Virus record (IMG/VR): IMGVR_UViG_3300043398_000057
DNA: 64,000 nt
DNA from: a virus
Strand: one strand, 5' to 3'
The notes under the pieces were generated by a model that worked only from the letters and a program-made list of their open reading frames with translations, had not been told where the DNA came from and did not search any database. Position 1 is the stretch's first letter; every line of letters starts with the position of its first letter. Positions 44,139 through 55,394 of the stretch are shown in pieces. A program made the position numbers and the translations under genes.

Positions 44139-44549
44139 TCACTTGTTTGTTGCAATGACGCTAGTGTACACCAAGTCGTATTCCTCAGCAAGCGATTCCA
44201 TCAAATTTTCGAAAGTTCCTGCAACATCATTGTGTACAGATTCAAAATCGCGATTAAACAACACATCATCATGAATTTTTTGCAGACTCCGAAGTAAACC
44301 AAGTTGGGTAGAGTCGAAAAACTTCTCGAACGATTCTCTTCGAATCAGCCGAACATATGTGATTTCGCCATTGTCAAGCGCATCCCAACTTGCAGCAGTT
44401 ACATCATCGATGCAATGTCCAACAGCACACTTGGTACCGTTTTCACCACGGTATTGGCAACTTTCATTTGTTCCCGAAGGTGCATAGTTCTGTGCACGGA
44501 TTCCGAACAGTGCCTTATCAAAGATTTCTTGATTGGACAGTTGAGTCAT
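44139..44549 (-). CDS. Hypothetical early protein, paralog family copy 4
   Basis: MTQLSNQEIFDKALFGIRAQ...CQYRGENGTKCAVGHCI. Confidence 0.8.
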   Translation of the reverse strand: MTQLSNQEIFDKALFGIRAQNYAPSGTNESCQYRGENGTKCAVGHCIDDVTAASWDALDNGEITYVRLIRRESFEKFFDSTQLGLLRSLQKIHDDVLFNRDFESVHNDVAGTFENLMESLAEEYDLVYTSVIATNK

Positions 44550-45820
44550 GTAGGTCTTTCAATCTTGAGGGAAAGAGACATTCTTGCGAATGCGACGGTT
44601 CAGAGTGATGATCTTGCCAGCAATTTCCATTTCGGCGGCAATGTCGCCCTTGGCCTTTACTTCCAGTGCCTTACGAACCAGTTCCATCTTCTTTTCATGC
44701 AGCTTGACTTGATCGGAATCAACTTCGAATGCGAACTTCAGCGAAGCGTTGTACATGCGAATGCGGGTGATAGTTGCGGTAGTCATGATGAACTCGTTTG
44801 AAAACTGTGTTGCGATGGAATGAATTATGGGGTATCAACATCATCATGTCAACACAGTTTTGAAAAATTTTTGAACTGTTACATTTCACCAACGCTTCAC
44901 AACTCGCATTGATGTGATGCATTCTTTGCCACGTTCTTGCGCTTCAGGGTCATAGTTGAAAACGATCTTGAACTTTCCGCTATGCTCAGACTTTTTAACA
45001 ATCTGATAAGAGTCATCTCGCTTGATGATCCTGATAAGGTTCACATCAACTTCACCGTCAAGACGCTCAATTGTGCTTTCAGTTTCATCATCGGCACGCG
45101 AATTTCTCGCGGCTTCATATCCACCCAATGCATAAGCATCAGAATACGCCTTGCGACTCTTTTCAAGTAGATCGGACATGAACAGACCTTCACCACATGA
45201 AAACTCGAAACCACAAGCGTATTCAACATCTTCTGGCGAACCGAAGAATTCGCAAGCCTCTTCAAAATCATCGGGGAAGCGAAAAGTGATTTGTCGTTTT
45301 GTCATGATGTTCTCAAGCAATTCCAATACCAAACAACCACATGCAAAATTTCACAATCAAGATGAAAACGATCAAAATGATGTGAGCGATGCAGATAGCG
45401 GGAATCTTGTGTTCTTCCTTACGTTCGGAAATAACCATTCCAAGTAGGATGAACCAAATGAGGAACAAACAAGTAACGGCGGCAGTAAAACCCATTATTG
45501 ACATGATGAATCCTTAAAGTAGTGTTCAAGACCATTCAAGTTTGAAAAGGTAGCTGGCTCGCAGTGGAACCCAAAATTCTTGATCGATACGACTACAAAC
45601 ACTACCATTAGTAATTTCTTCTTCTCGAATGAATTCGACGCACTTCAGAACAGCGTAGGTGTCGTCACGATGGATAACTTCATAGACATTCCAGTTACCA
45701 CAGTATTCAACTCGGTTGCCATACTTCAGTACGTCTTGCATGATGTTCACTTGAAAGTTGTGTTGCGATGGAATGAATTATGGCCCCGAAGGGCCATATT
45801 GTCAAGCGATTTTTGAACTG

Positions 45821-46615
45821 TTACACATTAAAGTGTTTGGCACCGAAGAAGTTAAACACTTGATCAGATGTTTCACCCTTGTAGCCACGGGGGTTGCACC
45901 AAAACCATGTGTCATAAATCTTTTTGCTGATGGTATCATGCGTATGACCAAAAATCCAATGGTCAGGTGCTTGGCATGACATAAGACTGTCAAAAATGTC
46001 ACAAGCGAAACCACCATTGATGCCGTAATCTGTATTGAACCTTTCTGAGATAAGTTGCCTTGTTGGTAGATGATGTGTGACAACAACAGTTTTCCCGGTA
46101 TGGTGTGGCGTCGAAAGAAATGTCGAAATCCTAGATGCGAAGAATAAGTTAAGGTCTTTCATGTCCCAAACCGAATAGTTCCGTCCATTGACGCGAATGT
46201 AACGGAAGTCAGACAAAGATTTTTGAACTCTGAACTGTTCCTCAAGCGTCTTACCACCATCAGCCCACAGAGTTGAGGTGATGAACCGAACACCATCATA
46301 CACAAAGCATTCAACACTGGTAGAAACGTGAATGTTTTTGTTCAACGTTGCATTCTTCATGAACTGTTGCCATTCGCCCATATCTGTGTGATAGAACTCA
46401 TGGTTTCCCGGAACATACACAACAAATTTGAACTGACTGCAACACACGTTCAAAAATTCTTCAAGTTGGTCAACCCGACTTGAAATGTCACCAGCAAGAA
46501 CCAAAACAGAATCGTGATCAACACTTTCAAAACCAATCATCAGGTCAAAAAGCCTTTCGGCTTTCGACCCATAAAAGGCTTCCAAGTGAAGATCACTGGC
46601 GTATCGAATTTTCAT
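45821..46615 (-). CDS. Metallophosphoesterase
   Basis: SDLHLE, AGDI, GNHEFY, THHLP, GHTH, NPRGY. Confidence 0.88.
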   Translation of the reverse strand: MKIRYASDLHLEAFYGSKAERLFDLMIGFESVDHDSVLVLAGDISSRVDQLEEFLNVCCSQFKFVVYVPGNHEFYHTDMGEWQQFMKNATLNKNIHVSTSVECFVYDGVRFITSTLWADGGKTLEEQFRVQKSLSDFRYIRVNGRNYSVWDMKDLNLFFASRISTFLSTPHHTGKTVVVTHHLPTRQLISERFNTDYGINGGFACDIFDSLMSCQAPDHWIFGHTHDTISKKIYDTWFWCNPRGYKGETSDQVFNFFGAKHFNV

Positions 46616-46616
46616 T

Positions 46617-47990
46617 TCAGATGTTCTCGATTGCGTTGTTCTTGTGTTGCATGATTTCTTCAAAGGTGTTTGCAGTGTTCTTATCGGTGCGCAGTTCCTT
46701 GAAACGTGGCAGGAACAATGCCCACTGATCAGAGTCTTCCTGAGTCACCACATCGTTACATTCAACTTCGATGATTTTACCGATCATGCTATCACGTTCA
46801 TCCGAAAACTTCTTGCGGTCAGCATCCTTGAATGCGGAAATACCGCACACAACCTTGCCGTCAGCAGATTCACCCAACACAGAACCGAACGTTGATGCGT
46901 TTTTACCGTAACCCTTGTTGAAACCAGTGATAACCATTTCAACACGGAAAGCCAGCTTGAACTTTACCTGAGACTTGTTGTTACCGTCAAACCAGATTGC
47001 ATCAGCAGACTTCACAACAGTGCCTTCAAAACCGGCTTTCGCGACTTCCTTGTAATGTTCAATTGCTTCAGCCAGAGAATACACAATTCGATTGTCAATC
47101 ACGCTGATACGACTGACCAAAGCATTCTTAACAATTTCGGTCAGTTGATCAAAACGTTCACGATACGGAACTTCGTAACGACCCTTGGTAACCGCCTTTT
47201 CCAGAGGGATGCAATCCCACAGTTGAATGCGAACGTCATAACCTTCTTCGATATCACCACCCTTAGCCAGAGAATTCAGGATGCCGTTACCTTCCGAACG
47301 AGACAGCAACTCATTGTTCTTATAGACCAGCATTTCACCATGGTACTGAAAACCCTTCTTCAGATTGGCAACACTGTCAACCAAATTTTGAATCGAGGTG
47401 TTCGGGTAGCGGGTGCCATTACGGGTTACCAGCATGATTTTACCGTCAACGTAATGACTCACATTGACAAACGAACCATCGGCCTTGAATTGGCTGTAAA
47501 CACCCTTCGACCAATCGAAATTCTTGATATCCGAATCCTTTGGTAAGGTGCAACGCATGTATGGGAAATCAGGAATCAGATTGGGGCTTGCCTTCAAGAT
47601 GGTGGACGACGCGAAACCCGCACGCAAATCCTTCAAAATGATCCGCGCCGCAACCGATGCAGACTTTTCATCAAGCATCGCCATCAGCTTGGCAACACGT
47701 TCCTTGGCTTCGTTGCCACTGATAGAACGGTCGGAAAGACGGTCAAGGAACGTCCACACGCGCGAGTCTTCGCTGAAGGTTGTCACATTTTCGCCACGAA
47801 CAGTTTCTTCCAAAATGGGTTCAACAGTGTCTTCCGACATGTAGAAAGAAACGGTCGGGTCATATGCATATTGCAGAACCTTTGCAAACATCGGGTCATT
47901 GATGTGTTGCTTGACGATTGCTTCCTTTTCCTTGCGTGCGGAAGTTGCGGTAATCGTTTCCAGAATGTCAAAAACTTGGGTGGCGTTCAT
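46617..47990 (-). CDS. 30: ATP-dependent DNA ligase gp30
   Basis: KADG motif I, HGEM, EGTVVK, LFLPRF..LRTDK. Confidence 0.94.
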   Translation of the reverse strand: MNATQVFDILETITATSARKEKEAIVKQHINDPMFAKVLQYAYDPTVSFYMSEDTVEPILEETVRGENVTTFSEDSRVWTFLDRLSDRSISGNEAKERVAKLMAMLDEKSASVAARIILKDLRAGFASSTILKASPNLIPDFPYMRCTLPKDSDIKNFDWSKGVYSQFKADGSFVNVSHYVDGKIMLVTRNGTRYPNTSIQNLVDSVANLKKGFQYHGEMLVYKNNELLSRSEGNGILNSLAKGGDIEEGYDVRIQLWDCIPLEKAVTKGRYEVPYRERFDQLTEIVKNALVSRISVIDNRIVYSLAEAIEHYKEVAKAGFEGTVVKSADAIWFDGNNKSQVKFKLAFRVEMVITGFNKGYGKNASTFGSVLGESADGKVVCGISAFKDADRKKFSDERDSMIGKIIEVECNDVVTQEDSDQWALFLPRFKELRTDKNTANTFEEIMQHKNNAIENI

Positions 47991-48054
47991 GAGTGTCCTC
48001 AAAGTTGTAGATGCATCACTGTACCACAACCACCACCCAAGTTTTTGTTAGGGT

Positions 48055-50526
48055 TTACCCTAGATCGGTCAAGTTGTCAGAATACTTCTTGTGGTTGTAG
48101 AAAGTCTTGACTTGTCTTCTGTTCGTACCACGGGTAAAGCTAATGTGAATCCATGGATTGTTTGCTGCAACCGAATACTCAAGCAAAAGTTGATCATAGA
48201 CCGGCAATTGTTCAGACAAAGCCTTAGCAATCTCGAAATAGTCTTTCTTCGACACACCACGGAACTGAATGTCAAACGCTTGACCGTTGATGTGCTGGCT
48301 TGTCTTTGATGATGCCGCAACCGTTCTGAAACCAGATGTTACAAACATCGATGGATATGAACGTTTAACATTCTCAAGAACATTGATGCAACCGGCCTGC
48401 AAGTTACAAATGATTTCTTCTTTGGTCAAACCATTTTGATCAACGACTTGATACTTCGACACAGCAGCCTTGGATGAAACATCAGCCAAAGTAAAGTTTG
48501 GCGACAGTCTCAAATCATCAGGGTAAGATGTAAGACCCGCGATAGCAGCACAGTCAGCCTTAATCGGTGCTTGGTTAGACGTTTGAACTTCGGCTGTGTC
48601 ACCGGCTTCCGGCATCTTGGCGGCTTCGTCAGGGTCGATATAACCTTTCTTGATTCCATCAGAAATCATACCCGAACTGTCACCATCTTCAGGAAGTTCA
48701 AACGTCACAACCGATGCGTCAAATCTTCTATTTGGTGTCGGGTCTGATGGGTTGTTTCCACCGTTACCGGGCGAAGGTTTGGGTTGACCTGAAGATTCTG
48801 CAACACCAGAATTCATATGAACTTGGGAACCATCAAGTGCAATGTTTCCGCCAGCCTTGATCGAAACACTATCAACAGCTTCAAGTTTGATTTCTTGGGC
48901 GACAACGTTCAAGTCTTGCGCAATTCTCAAATTTGCATCACCGGCAATCTCACCGGTCAGGTTTCCGCCAACTGTAAGGTTGCAATCACCACCAATCGTT
49001 ACATTGCATTGACCCTTGATGTAGATGTAACCATTTTTGTCAATGATTTCATAATCTGAGCCAACAATGCGAGTGGTTCGTGAACCAGTGTTGTCAATCT
49101 CAAAATATGAACCAGACCTATGGTAAACGTGAATACGTTCACCACCACTGGTATCATCAACTTCAATCACATGACCAGACTCTGACTCGAAAACTTTATT
49201 GAATGGATACTGCGCTGAATATGGACTAGGTTGTTCAGACCAAGTTTTACCAACAGTGTTGATACCAACAGTTCGGTTAGAGTCTTTTCTGGCAACAACA
49301 GTTTTAGAGATGTTTTCGCCACGGGCAAGACGGTTAGTGTCCTGTTCCTTGACATATCTCGGAAACTTAGAATTGGGGTCTTTGAAACCAATCTTGCCAG
49401 AATTGATGATTTCCTTGTTTGCCTTGATGACACTGAAAGTCTTGGGGTCTTCCATGTTCACAGGTTCGGCAACACTTGTTTGTGCGCCACCCATGAAGTA
49501 TTCATAAAATGTTCTCTTTCGCTGTGCAATATCGGGAGTATTGAACCCCACAGCAGATTTAGCAACATCAAAATATGTCGTAGAAGACTGCGAAATCTTA
49601 CAACGATCAAAGAAATATGCACACGCAACCTTTGCCGATGCAACAGGATCAGTGTTCAAGATTTCAGGATTTGAAACAATGTCAATACCGGAAAGTTTCG
49701 CATAACGTTCATAGTTTGCCCGACCGGTCAACTGAATGAAACCTCGACCGATGAATTTTGCTCCATCCCCGGGCATGGTGTTGCCCAAATTCTTCCCCTT
49801 TTTGGTTGTATGACCATAGAGAAATTCTGGCAAGTCTCGTTCATTGTTGGCATACTGGTTAGCCAATTGGTCATTATCACCGAAGACAGATGGGAAAACT
49901 TCTTTAAGCCTCTTTGCGGAGTATCGGAATGATTCTCTCTTCGGAATCCATGCACATTCACCACCAATGATACCAAGCAATGAAGAAATTGAGCGTCTTG
50001 TGTTAAACCCTTGACTTTTAGCAACATCGATAATCAGTTTGATATTCTGACTTGCGATTGCCGAATTCTGTGTGCCAGCCGGTGCAACAGTGGGAATCTT
50101 CGAAATGTCGTCAAGGTCATCAATCGGGCGAACCGGTTCAGTGGTTTGAGATTGAACCGGCGCGGGGTTCGCAGAATTTGGAAACTCCTGTTCAACCGGT
50201 GCAACACTGATTGATTCGTCACCACCAGATGCTAGAAATGCATCCATTTGTTGAGGAATGCCAACAAACGTGCCCACAACAAATGGCTTTTGCTGTGCTT
50301 CATCTGCAAACCAGATGAAAACCATCGAACCTTCAACAATACCTGTAGGTGAAATGCCAACACCAGAAACCGAAGCGTTGTTGACCCCTGAGATGATTGT
50401 TGCCCAAGGCAATGCATCCGTAGGAACTTCCTCAATTTTTTCGCTGTGCACGCCGAAAACACGCACGCGAACACGACCCTACTTCAGAGGATCGTTTCTA
50501 TCTTCAACAACGCCAACATTGAACAT
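48055..50526 (-). CDS. 5: Baseplate hub/tail lysin gp5-like, 823 aa (OB fold + GH19-like + beta-helix + peptidase M15), TAG at codon 16
   Basis: VGVVEDRNDPLK*GRVRVRVFGVH versus T4 gp5 VGVVEDRMDPLKLGRVRVRV; GRGFIQLTG; ESESGHVIEVDDT; SGFR...SQH..GQAFD...WIHIS. Confidence 0.93.
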
Positions 50527-50536
50527 CAAAACCCCT

Positions 50537-51769
50537 TTACTTGCCAAGTGACTCTTTAGAACACTCGACAATCATATCATGTTGATTACCGATGATCTTG
50601 TGACGAATAGCGGTCACAAGATACTTGCCGGAATACTTATCGTCAATGATGCGAGACTTGTTACCATCATCAATTGATGCATTTTTAGGCATCGTAACAT
50701 TTATAACGTTACCGACTTTCAAATCTGTTCGACCGAATACTTCAATCACAATTCGGTGTGCCATGATCGATTGCAACAGTGTATCGCGTTTCTGAATAGC
50801 ACTCTTCGCATCAACAAAGAATTCGCCCAAGTATTTGCTTGACTTGGTTACAAACGAAATCTTGGCGTTGGAACCAGCAACAACATTCTTGTCAAAAAGT
50901 GGCGAACTTTCCAGATGTGGATAAGTGTTGAACTCTTTGAAATAGTCATGAGTATTGGTTGTGATTCTCTTTGTGGTTGTGTCAAACTCATGCAACTTTG
51001 TTGAAAACATACCATTTGACAAACGCTTGAGAAAATCAAAGTCTTCAATGAACTGAATGTTTTTGATCACCGACAAACGTTCAGTAGTGTTCAGCGAAGT
51101 TCCCGAAGAGTAATTTTCCGCAGACACATCCGAGTCGATATAACTGTGCTTTGCGGGTTGCTTCAAAAGAGTTTCGACGCTAGAAAATTCATAAGACTTG
51201 TTCGACTCAAAAAACAAGTATGATGGTCTGCCAACAGAATTCTTAGAAAGTGATGCGATGTGGTTGATCAGCTTGAACGGTTCCCAATATGGTGAAATGA
51301 ATGTCACTGAGTTGTCTGACGGTTCAATGTAAATTTGCCTTTTCGATGCAAGACCGTATGACGCTGTGAAAATGTCCTTGATCACATCAGAAGTTTTACC
51401 CTTGAATGAGCGACTGATTTTTCTGTTCGCATCATTGATCATTTCGGGAGAACAAAAGTGCAAAACATAGTTCTGCTTTCTTGGCTTTGGCTTTGTTCGG
51501 TTAGAGATTCTGTAAACGAAAAAATCCCTTGAGATTGTTTCCCCGTTGATACCACGAATCGAAAAACTCAAAGTCTCGTTACCCATGATGGGCAGAACGG
51601 AAATGAGGTTTTTGGTGTCTTCAATCAAAATGGAACCCGTCATACAGTTTGCAAACATGTCTTCATAGACATTGATTTCAACAAAAGAATCAGTCAGGTC
51701 AAACCTACCACCGTTGACAGTGATAAGGTCAAGTTTCTCAATATCAACTTTTCCGGGAAAATTGTTCAT
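50537..51769 (-). CDS. Baseplate hub/tail protein (gp27/GpD-like)
   Basis: INVYEDMF..CMTGSILIED, LPIMGNE, YLFFE, YSGKYLVTAIRH; lies between gp53 and gp5. Confidence 0.75.
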   Translation of the reverse strand: MNNFPGKVDIEKLDLITVNGGRFDLTDSFVEINVYEDMFANCMTGSILIEDTKNLISVLPIMGNETLSFSIRGINGETISRDFFVYRISNRTKPKPRKQNYVLHFCSPEMINDANRKISRSFKGKTSDVIKDIFTASYGLASKRQIYIEPSDNSVTFISPYWEPFKLINHIASLSKNSVGRPSYLFFESNKSYEFSSVETLLKQPAKHSYIDSDVSAENYSSGTSLNTTERLSVIKNIQFIEDFDFLKRLSNGMFSTKLHEFDTTTKRITTNTHDYFKEFNTYPHLESSPLFDKNVVAGSNAKISFVTKSSKYLGEFFVDAKSAIQKRDTLLQSIMAHRIVIEVFGRTDLKVGNVINVTMPKNASIDDGNKSRIIDDKYSGKYLVTAIRHKIIGNQHDMIVECSKESLGK

Positions 51770-52248
51770 ACTGCGCTCAAGGCTTTCTCAACTTCAGCAA
51801 TAAACGATGGAAGAACCGTTTCCGCCAAGATTCGGATTCTTTTCTTTTCGTCATTGACCTTCGTTTCATATTCAATGTTTGTGATAGGTACAACAAACTC
51901 TGAAGTATTGTCCTGAACTTCGCGTCCATCAAGTTCGTAATGATGAACACCGTTAATGTCATCATACTTTGATGCGACATATTCAAGCAAAACATCTGAA
52001 CTCATGGGCCAATCAAAGTATGGATCACGAATGTCATTCACAACCAAAATAACCCAATTCAGGTTCGGGTCTTTATAAAACTTGAATGCAACATCATGAG
52101 GGGTTTCACCGTCAGCGATTTCATAAATCTGATACAGAGACTTCTTCGCCTTGATTTGCTTTGACAGTTCTACTTGGGCAATAACATCACGGATGACGAT
52201 TGCCTTACCATCAAACTCATATTGAATGAATGGAAGATACTCAAGCAT
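51766..52248 (-). CDS. 53: Baseplate wedge subunit gp53
   Basis: GETPHDVAFKFY...WVILVVNDI.DPYFDWP, HHYE, YE...NDEKKRI. Confidence 0.9.
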   Translation of the reverse strand: MLEYLPFIQYEFDGKAIVIRDVIAQVELSKQIKAKKSLYQIYEIADGETPHDVAFKFYKDPNLNWVILVVNDIRDPYFDWPMSSDVLLEYVASKYDDINGVHHYELDGREVQDNTSEFVVPITNIEYETKVNDEKKRIRILAETVLPSFIAEVEKALSAV

Positions 52249-52249
52249 T

Positions 52250-53110
52250 TTAATACCCCGATCCTGTTGTGCTACCATCAATCATTGAACGGTCAATAGT
52301 TTCAACTTCAGTGAAAGTAAGGTTCATGGTGCAATCATTGAAATTTCCGTCACTGTGCATGTACATTGCATTGTTTGGTGAATAGTCAACCGAAACTTCA
52401 GTCAGTGCGCAAGGCAAAATCTTTGGAATCGATGTGATTTCATTTTTGCCCGTGAAGAACTGAATCTGAAAGAATGCAGGGAACAACCAAAATGCGTTAC
52501 CGGGCGAAATGGAAGGCGCGGCATAGAAACGGAACGTCTTGATGATTTCTTGAACGTCACGATGTTCCTTGGCATTCTTGGGGTTGAACGTCCAGTTGAA
52601 CGTGAATGTTCTGAAGTTGATACCACGGAAGAACTGTTCTTTGAAATCTCGTTCAGTCTGACGAATCGCACCCTTGATAAAGCCACTAGCCTTTGCGCTG
52701 TTGATCGCTTTGCGCTTGATGTAGTCTTGGGTCACACCTTCAACGCCACCTTCTCTAAAGGCTTCCAAAGCCTTTGCAATGCCGGTCTGTGATTCCTGAG
52801 TCCATTCCATGTTCTGATTGAACTGAATGTTAGGCGGAATGGGCAAAAAGATGGAACGGTCAATCTGTTCAACCCCTTGACGGGTTTTGAAACTGAATTC
52901 GAATTTTGACTTCGCATCAGGCGCGGTAACATCGGGATCAATAGATTTGTCCTTGACCTATGAACCATCGCTTGCAACAGTGGTCAATCGCTTGGATTCT
53001 CCCAAGAAAGAATTTGACTTTGTATCGAGAATCAAAATTCTCGTGTATGGAACACCTTCAGTATTTGACAGGCTGTTCTATTCATTTGGGTAAGCTAGGA
53101 TTTTGCTCAT
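52250..53110 (-). CDS. 48: Baseplate tail-tube cap gp48-like, 286 aa, TAG at codons 11 and 51
   Basis: ILAYPNE*N..., IFLPIP, FRGINFRTFTFNWTFNPKN..E, L.F.EVE. Confidence 0.85.
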
Positions 53111-53117
53111 TCTTGGT

Positions 53118-53151
53118 TGTTCCTAAATAGGTATCACGTTATTTAGGAACA
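53118..53151. promoter_or_regulatory. Overlapping divergent late-type promoters (CTAAATA on each strand) in a 12-bp inverted repeat
   Basis: TGTTCCTAAATA ... TATTTAGGAACA between divergent gp48 and GIY-YIG genes; resembles the T4 TATAAATA late promoter. Confidence 0.7.
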
Positions 53152-53155
53152 TGAT

Positions 53156-53599
53156 ATGACATGGATTTTCAACGATAAAGAAATGGCATCACTCGAAGAT
53201 TTCGAGGAAGGTACCATCGGTTTCATCTACATGATCACAAACATTGAAACCGGTAGGAAATATATCGGTAAGAAGATTCTGACAGGTGTTCGGAAGGTTC
53301 AGAGAGTTGTGAAACTCAAAACAACCGGCGAAAAGAAAAAGAAAAGTGTTCGCAAGACTGTTGAAAGTGATTGGTTGACCTATTACGGTTCATCACCAGA
53401 ACTTGCAGCCGATGTTGAAAAGTTTGGCCGCGAAATCTTCAAAAGAGAAATCATTCACCTTTGCCGTAGCAAGGCCGAAATGAGCTATCTCGAAACCAGA
53501 GAAATCTTTACCCATGATTGTCTTTTGAAACCGGAAGAATACTACAACGGATGGGTAACTTGTCGCGTCACGCGCGCACACCTTAAGAATCTTCAATGA
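53156..53599 (+). CDS. GIY-YIG nuclease-family protein
   Basis: GFIYMITNIETGRKYIGKK...ESDW.TYYGSS...FKREII...YYN; the only convincing plus-strand gene. Confidence 0.85.
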   Translation: MTWIFNDKEMASLEDFEEGTIGFIYMITNIETGRKYIGKKILTGVRKVQRVVKLKTTGEKKKKSVRKTVESDWLTYYGSSPELAADVEKFGREIFKREIIHLCRSKAEMSYLETREIFTHDCLLKPEEYYNGWVTCRVTRAHLKNLQ

Positions 53600-53625
53600 G
53601 AAAGGGGCCAAACGGCCCCTTTCTT

Positions 53626-53925
53626 TTACTTGAGCAAAACGTAAAGTGTTGCAGACATTGCACTTGCAGAATGCCACCAATAAGCGGTATGGTCTTGCCA
53701 TCCCTTAGTTTTAATCTCTCGGTAGCCTTGATAGTGCAGGATGTAATACACGATACACGAAAACATCAAACCGATTGGATCATAGTTTGCCAGAAGAATC
53801 AACATCGTGGCGAAAAACATCACGGGCCATGGATTCTTGAACTGTTGAAAGTATGTGAGAACCGCCGCGCCAAGAAATACCAACCATGAGGTGACAAGGG
53901 GGAAATAGTAAAGAATTTCAATCAT
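53626..53925 (-). CDS. Hypothetical membrane protein
   Basis: Hydrophobic segments; downstream of a promoter cassette. Confidence 0.6.
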   Translation of the reverse strand: MIEILYYFPLVTSWLVFLGAAVLTYFQQFKNPWPVMFFATMLILLANYDPIGLMFSCIVYYILHYQGYREIKTKGWQDHTAYWWHSASAMSATLYVLLK

Positions 53926-54006
53926 TGGATACCTTTCATTGTATCGGTAATTTATCGGTGAATGAATTATGGCCCCGAAGGGCCATCTTGTCAAGCGACT
54001 TCGAAA

Positions 54007-54945
54007 TTATTCTTCGGGGTAGTCGTGATTACGCAACAGTTGGCGAAGTTGAACCCAACGCCGGAAGTTACCGCTACACGGAATCGAGAACAGACCCTTA
54101 GAATCTCGCTTGATGTGGGTCACACCAGCATCAGTGAAATCCTGAATCGGGGTGCCCTGGTGTTCAGCGGGTGAGCTATGCGAACGTTCTTCAGTGCGCA
54201 CCGGTTGATCAAGGTGCAGCTTCTGAGCAATGTCATCAGCCTTTTCAACAGAAGTGTCGTGCTTTCGATAAGAAGTCTGTGCGCAACATGACATGGAAAT
54301 CTTCTTCGCGGTTTCCAAATCGATAACGTCACCACGTTCATCAAAGAAAACTTGCTTACCTGCAACGAATTGTTGATTCACATATGGAAGGTGCCATTGA
54401 CCGGGCTCAAGCAGAACCGGTTCAGAATTGTTCAAAGCGGTTTCCATGAGGTGCGCCAGATAGTTAAATTCCGGTTGCGCGGCATCATGATTGCGAAGCC
54501 AGAAAAAGTTCTTCCAATCGGTTGCGGTCAGAACCATCTTTTGCATCATGATGGGTTCCAAGAATCGCCCGGCAAGTTGCTTGTGGAACTTCTTCTGATC
54601 AAGAATGGTGGCAGCGTCGATACAGTTGCCAACAAGCACACGCCAAATAGCTTTCACTTCTTCAAGTTCTTCACCTTCAAACTGATCATCGGCACTCATG
54701 CCGGGCTTGTTGATACCCCAAAAGTTAGGTTCAAAGTAATTGCCATTTCGAATGTTTTCAATTTGCTTGGCAAGCGGAATTGCGCGAGAACTCGAACCAT
54801 TCTTAGAAACCATCTTGTGCGTGTTCTATTCGGCCAAAATCGGGCGAGGGAACTCGACTTCGTATGTAACCAGCGGAACGCCAATACGCGAAATCGAATG
54901 AGCAATGATGTTTACAGAAGTCTTGTTAGGATGAAAGTTACGCAA
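54007..54945 (-). CDS. thyX: Flavin-dependent thymidylate synthase, TAG at codon 40
   Basis: TTG start with GGAG RBS; FPRPILAE*NTHKMVSKNGSSSRAIP; HKQLAGRFLEP, FFWLRNH..AQPE, HSSPAEHQ. Confidence 0.9.
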
Positions 54946-55187
54946 TGTAATACTCCATAAATGTTGATGACGAACTATTGTACCACAGAAATGCAATGGG
55001 GCAACTAGTCCCTTAACCAGTTGCCCCAAGGGTCTTACCAATACTTCCTGCGAAGAAAAGCCTATGACGACGATCACGGGGTTAAAATGGCCTTGTGTGT
55101 ATCAACCCATCCTACACACAATTTTTTAGCGATGTTGCGCGTTACAACAAGGGAAAACGTTGCACTAAGCGTTGCTGGCCTTTCTTG

Positions 55188-55264
55188 TGGTCTTCCCGGT
55201 AGGATTCGAACCTACGACCCTCTGCTCCCAAAGCAGATGCGCTACCAGACTGCGCTACGGAAAG
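55188..55264 (-). tRNA. tRNA-Pro(UGG)
   Basis: Cloverleaf, anticodon loop TT TGG GA, encoded CCA. Confidence 0.93.
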
Positions 55265-55282
55265 ACAAAACTTAAAACTTGT

Positions 55283-55367
55283 TGGTACCCCCGGTCGGAA
55301 TCGAACCGACACGCCTTTCGGCGGCGCTTTTAGAGAACGCTGTGTCTACCAATTTCACCACAGGGGC
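55283..55367 (-). tRNA. Amber-decoding tRNA(CUA) on a tRNA-Leu scaffold
   Basis: GCCCCTG TGGTGAAATTGGTAGACAC A GCGTT CT CTA AA AGCGC, long variable arm, GTCGGTTCGATTCCGAC, CGGGGGT A CCA; anticodon at 55331-55333. Confidence 0.93.
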
Positions 55368-55394
55368 ACACGAACTCTATTGTACCAGAAATTT

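Noticed and set aside
2353-54945. TAG-interrupted genes as pseudogenes
   Set aside because: They include core genes (polymerase, gp5, gp48, endolysin, ThyX). Every interruption is TAG, with no frameshifts or TAA/TGA, and motifs on both sides are intact.
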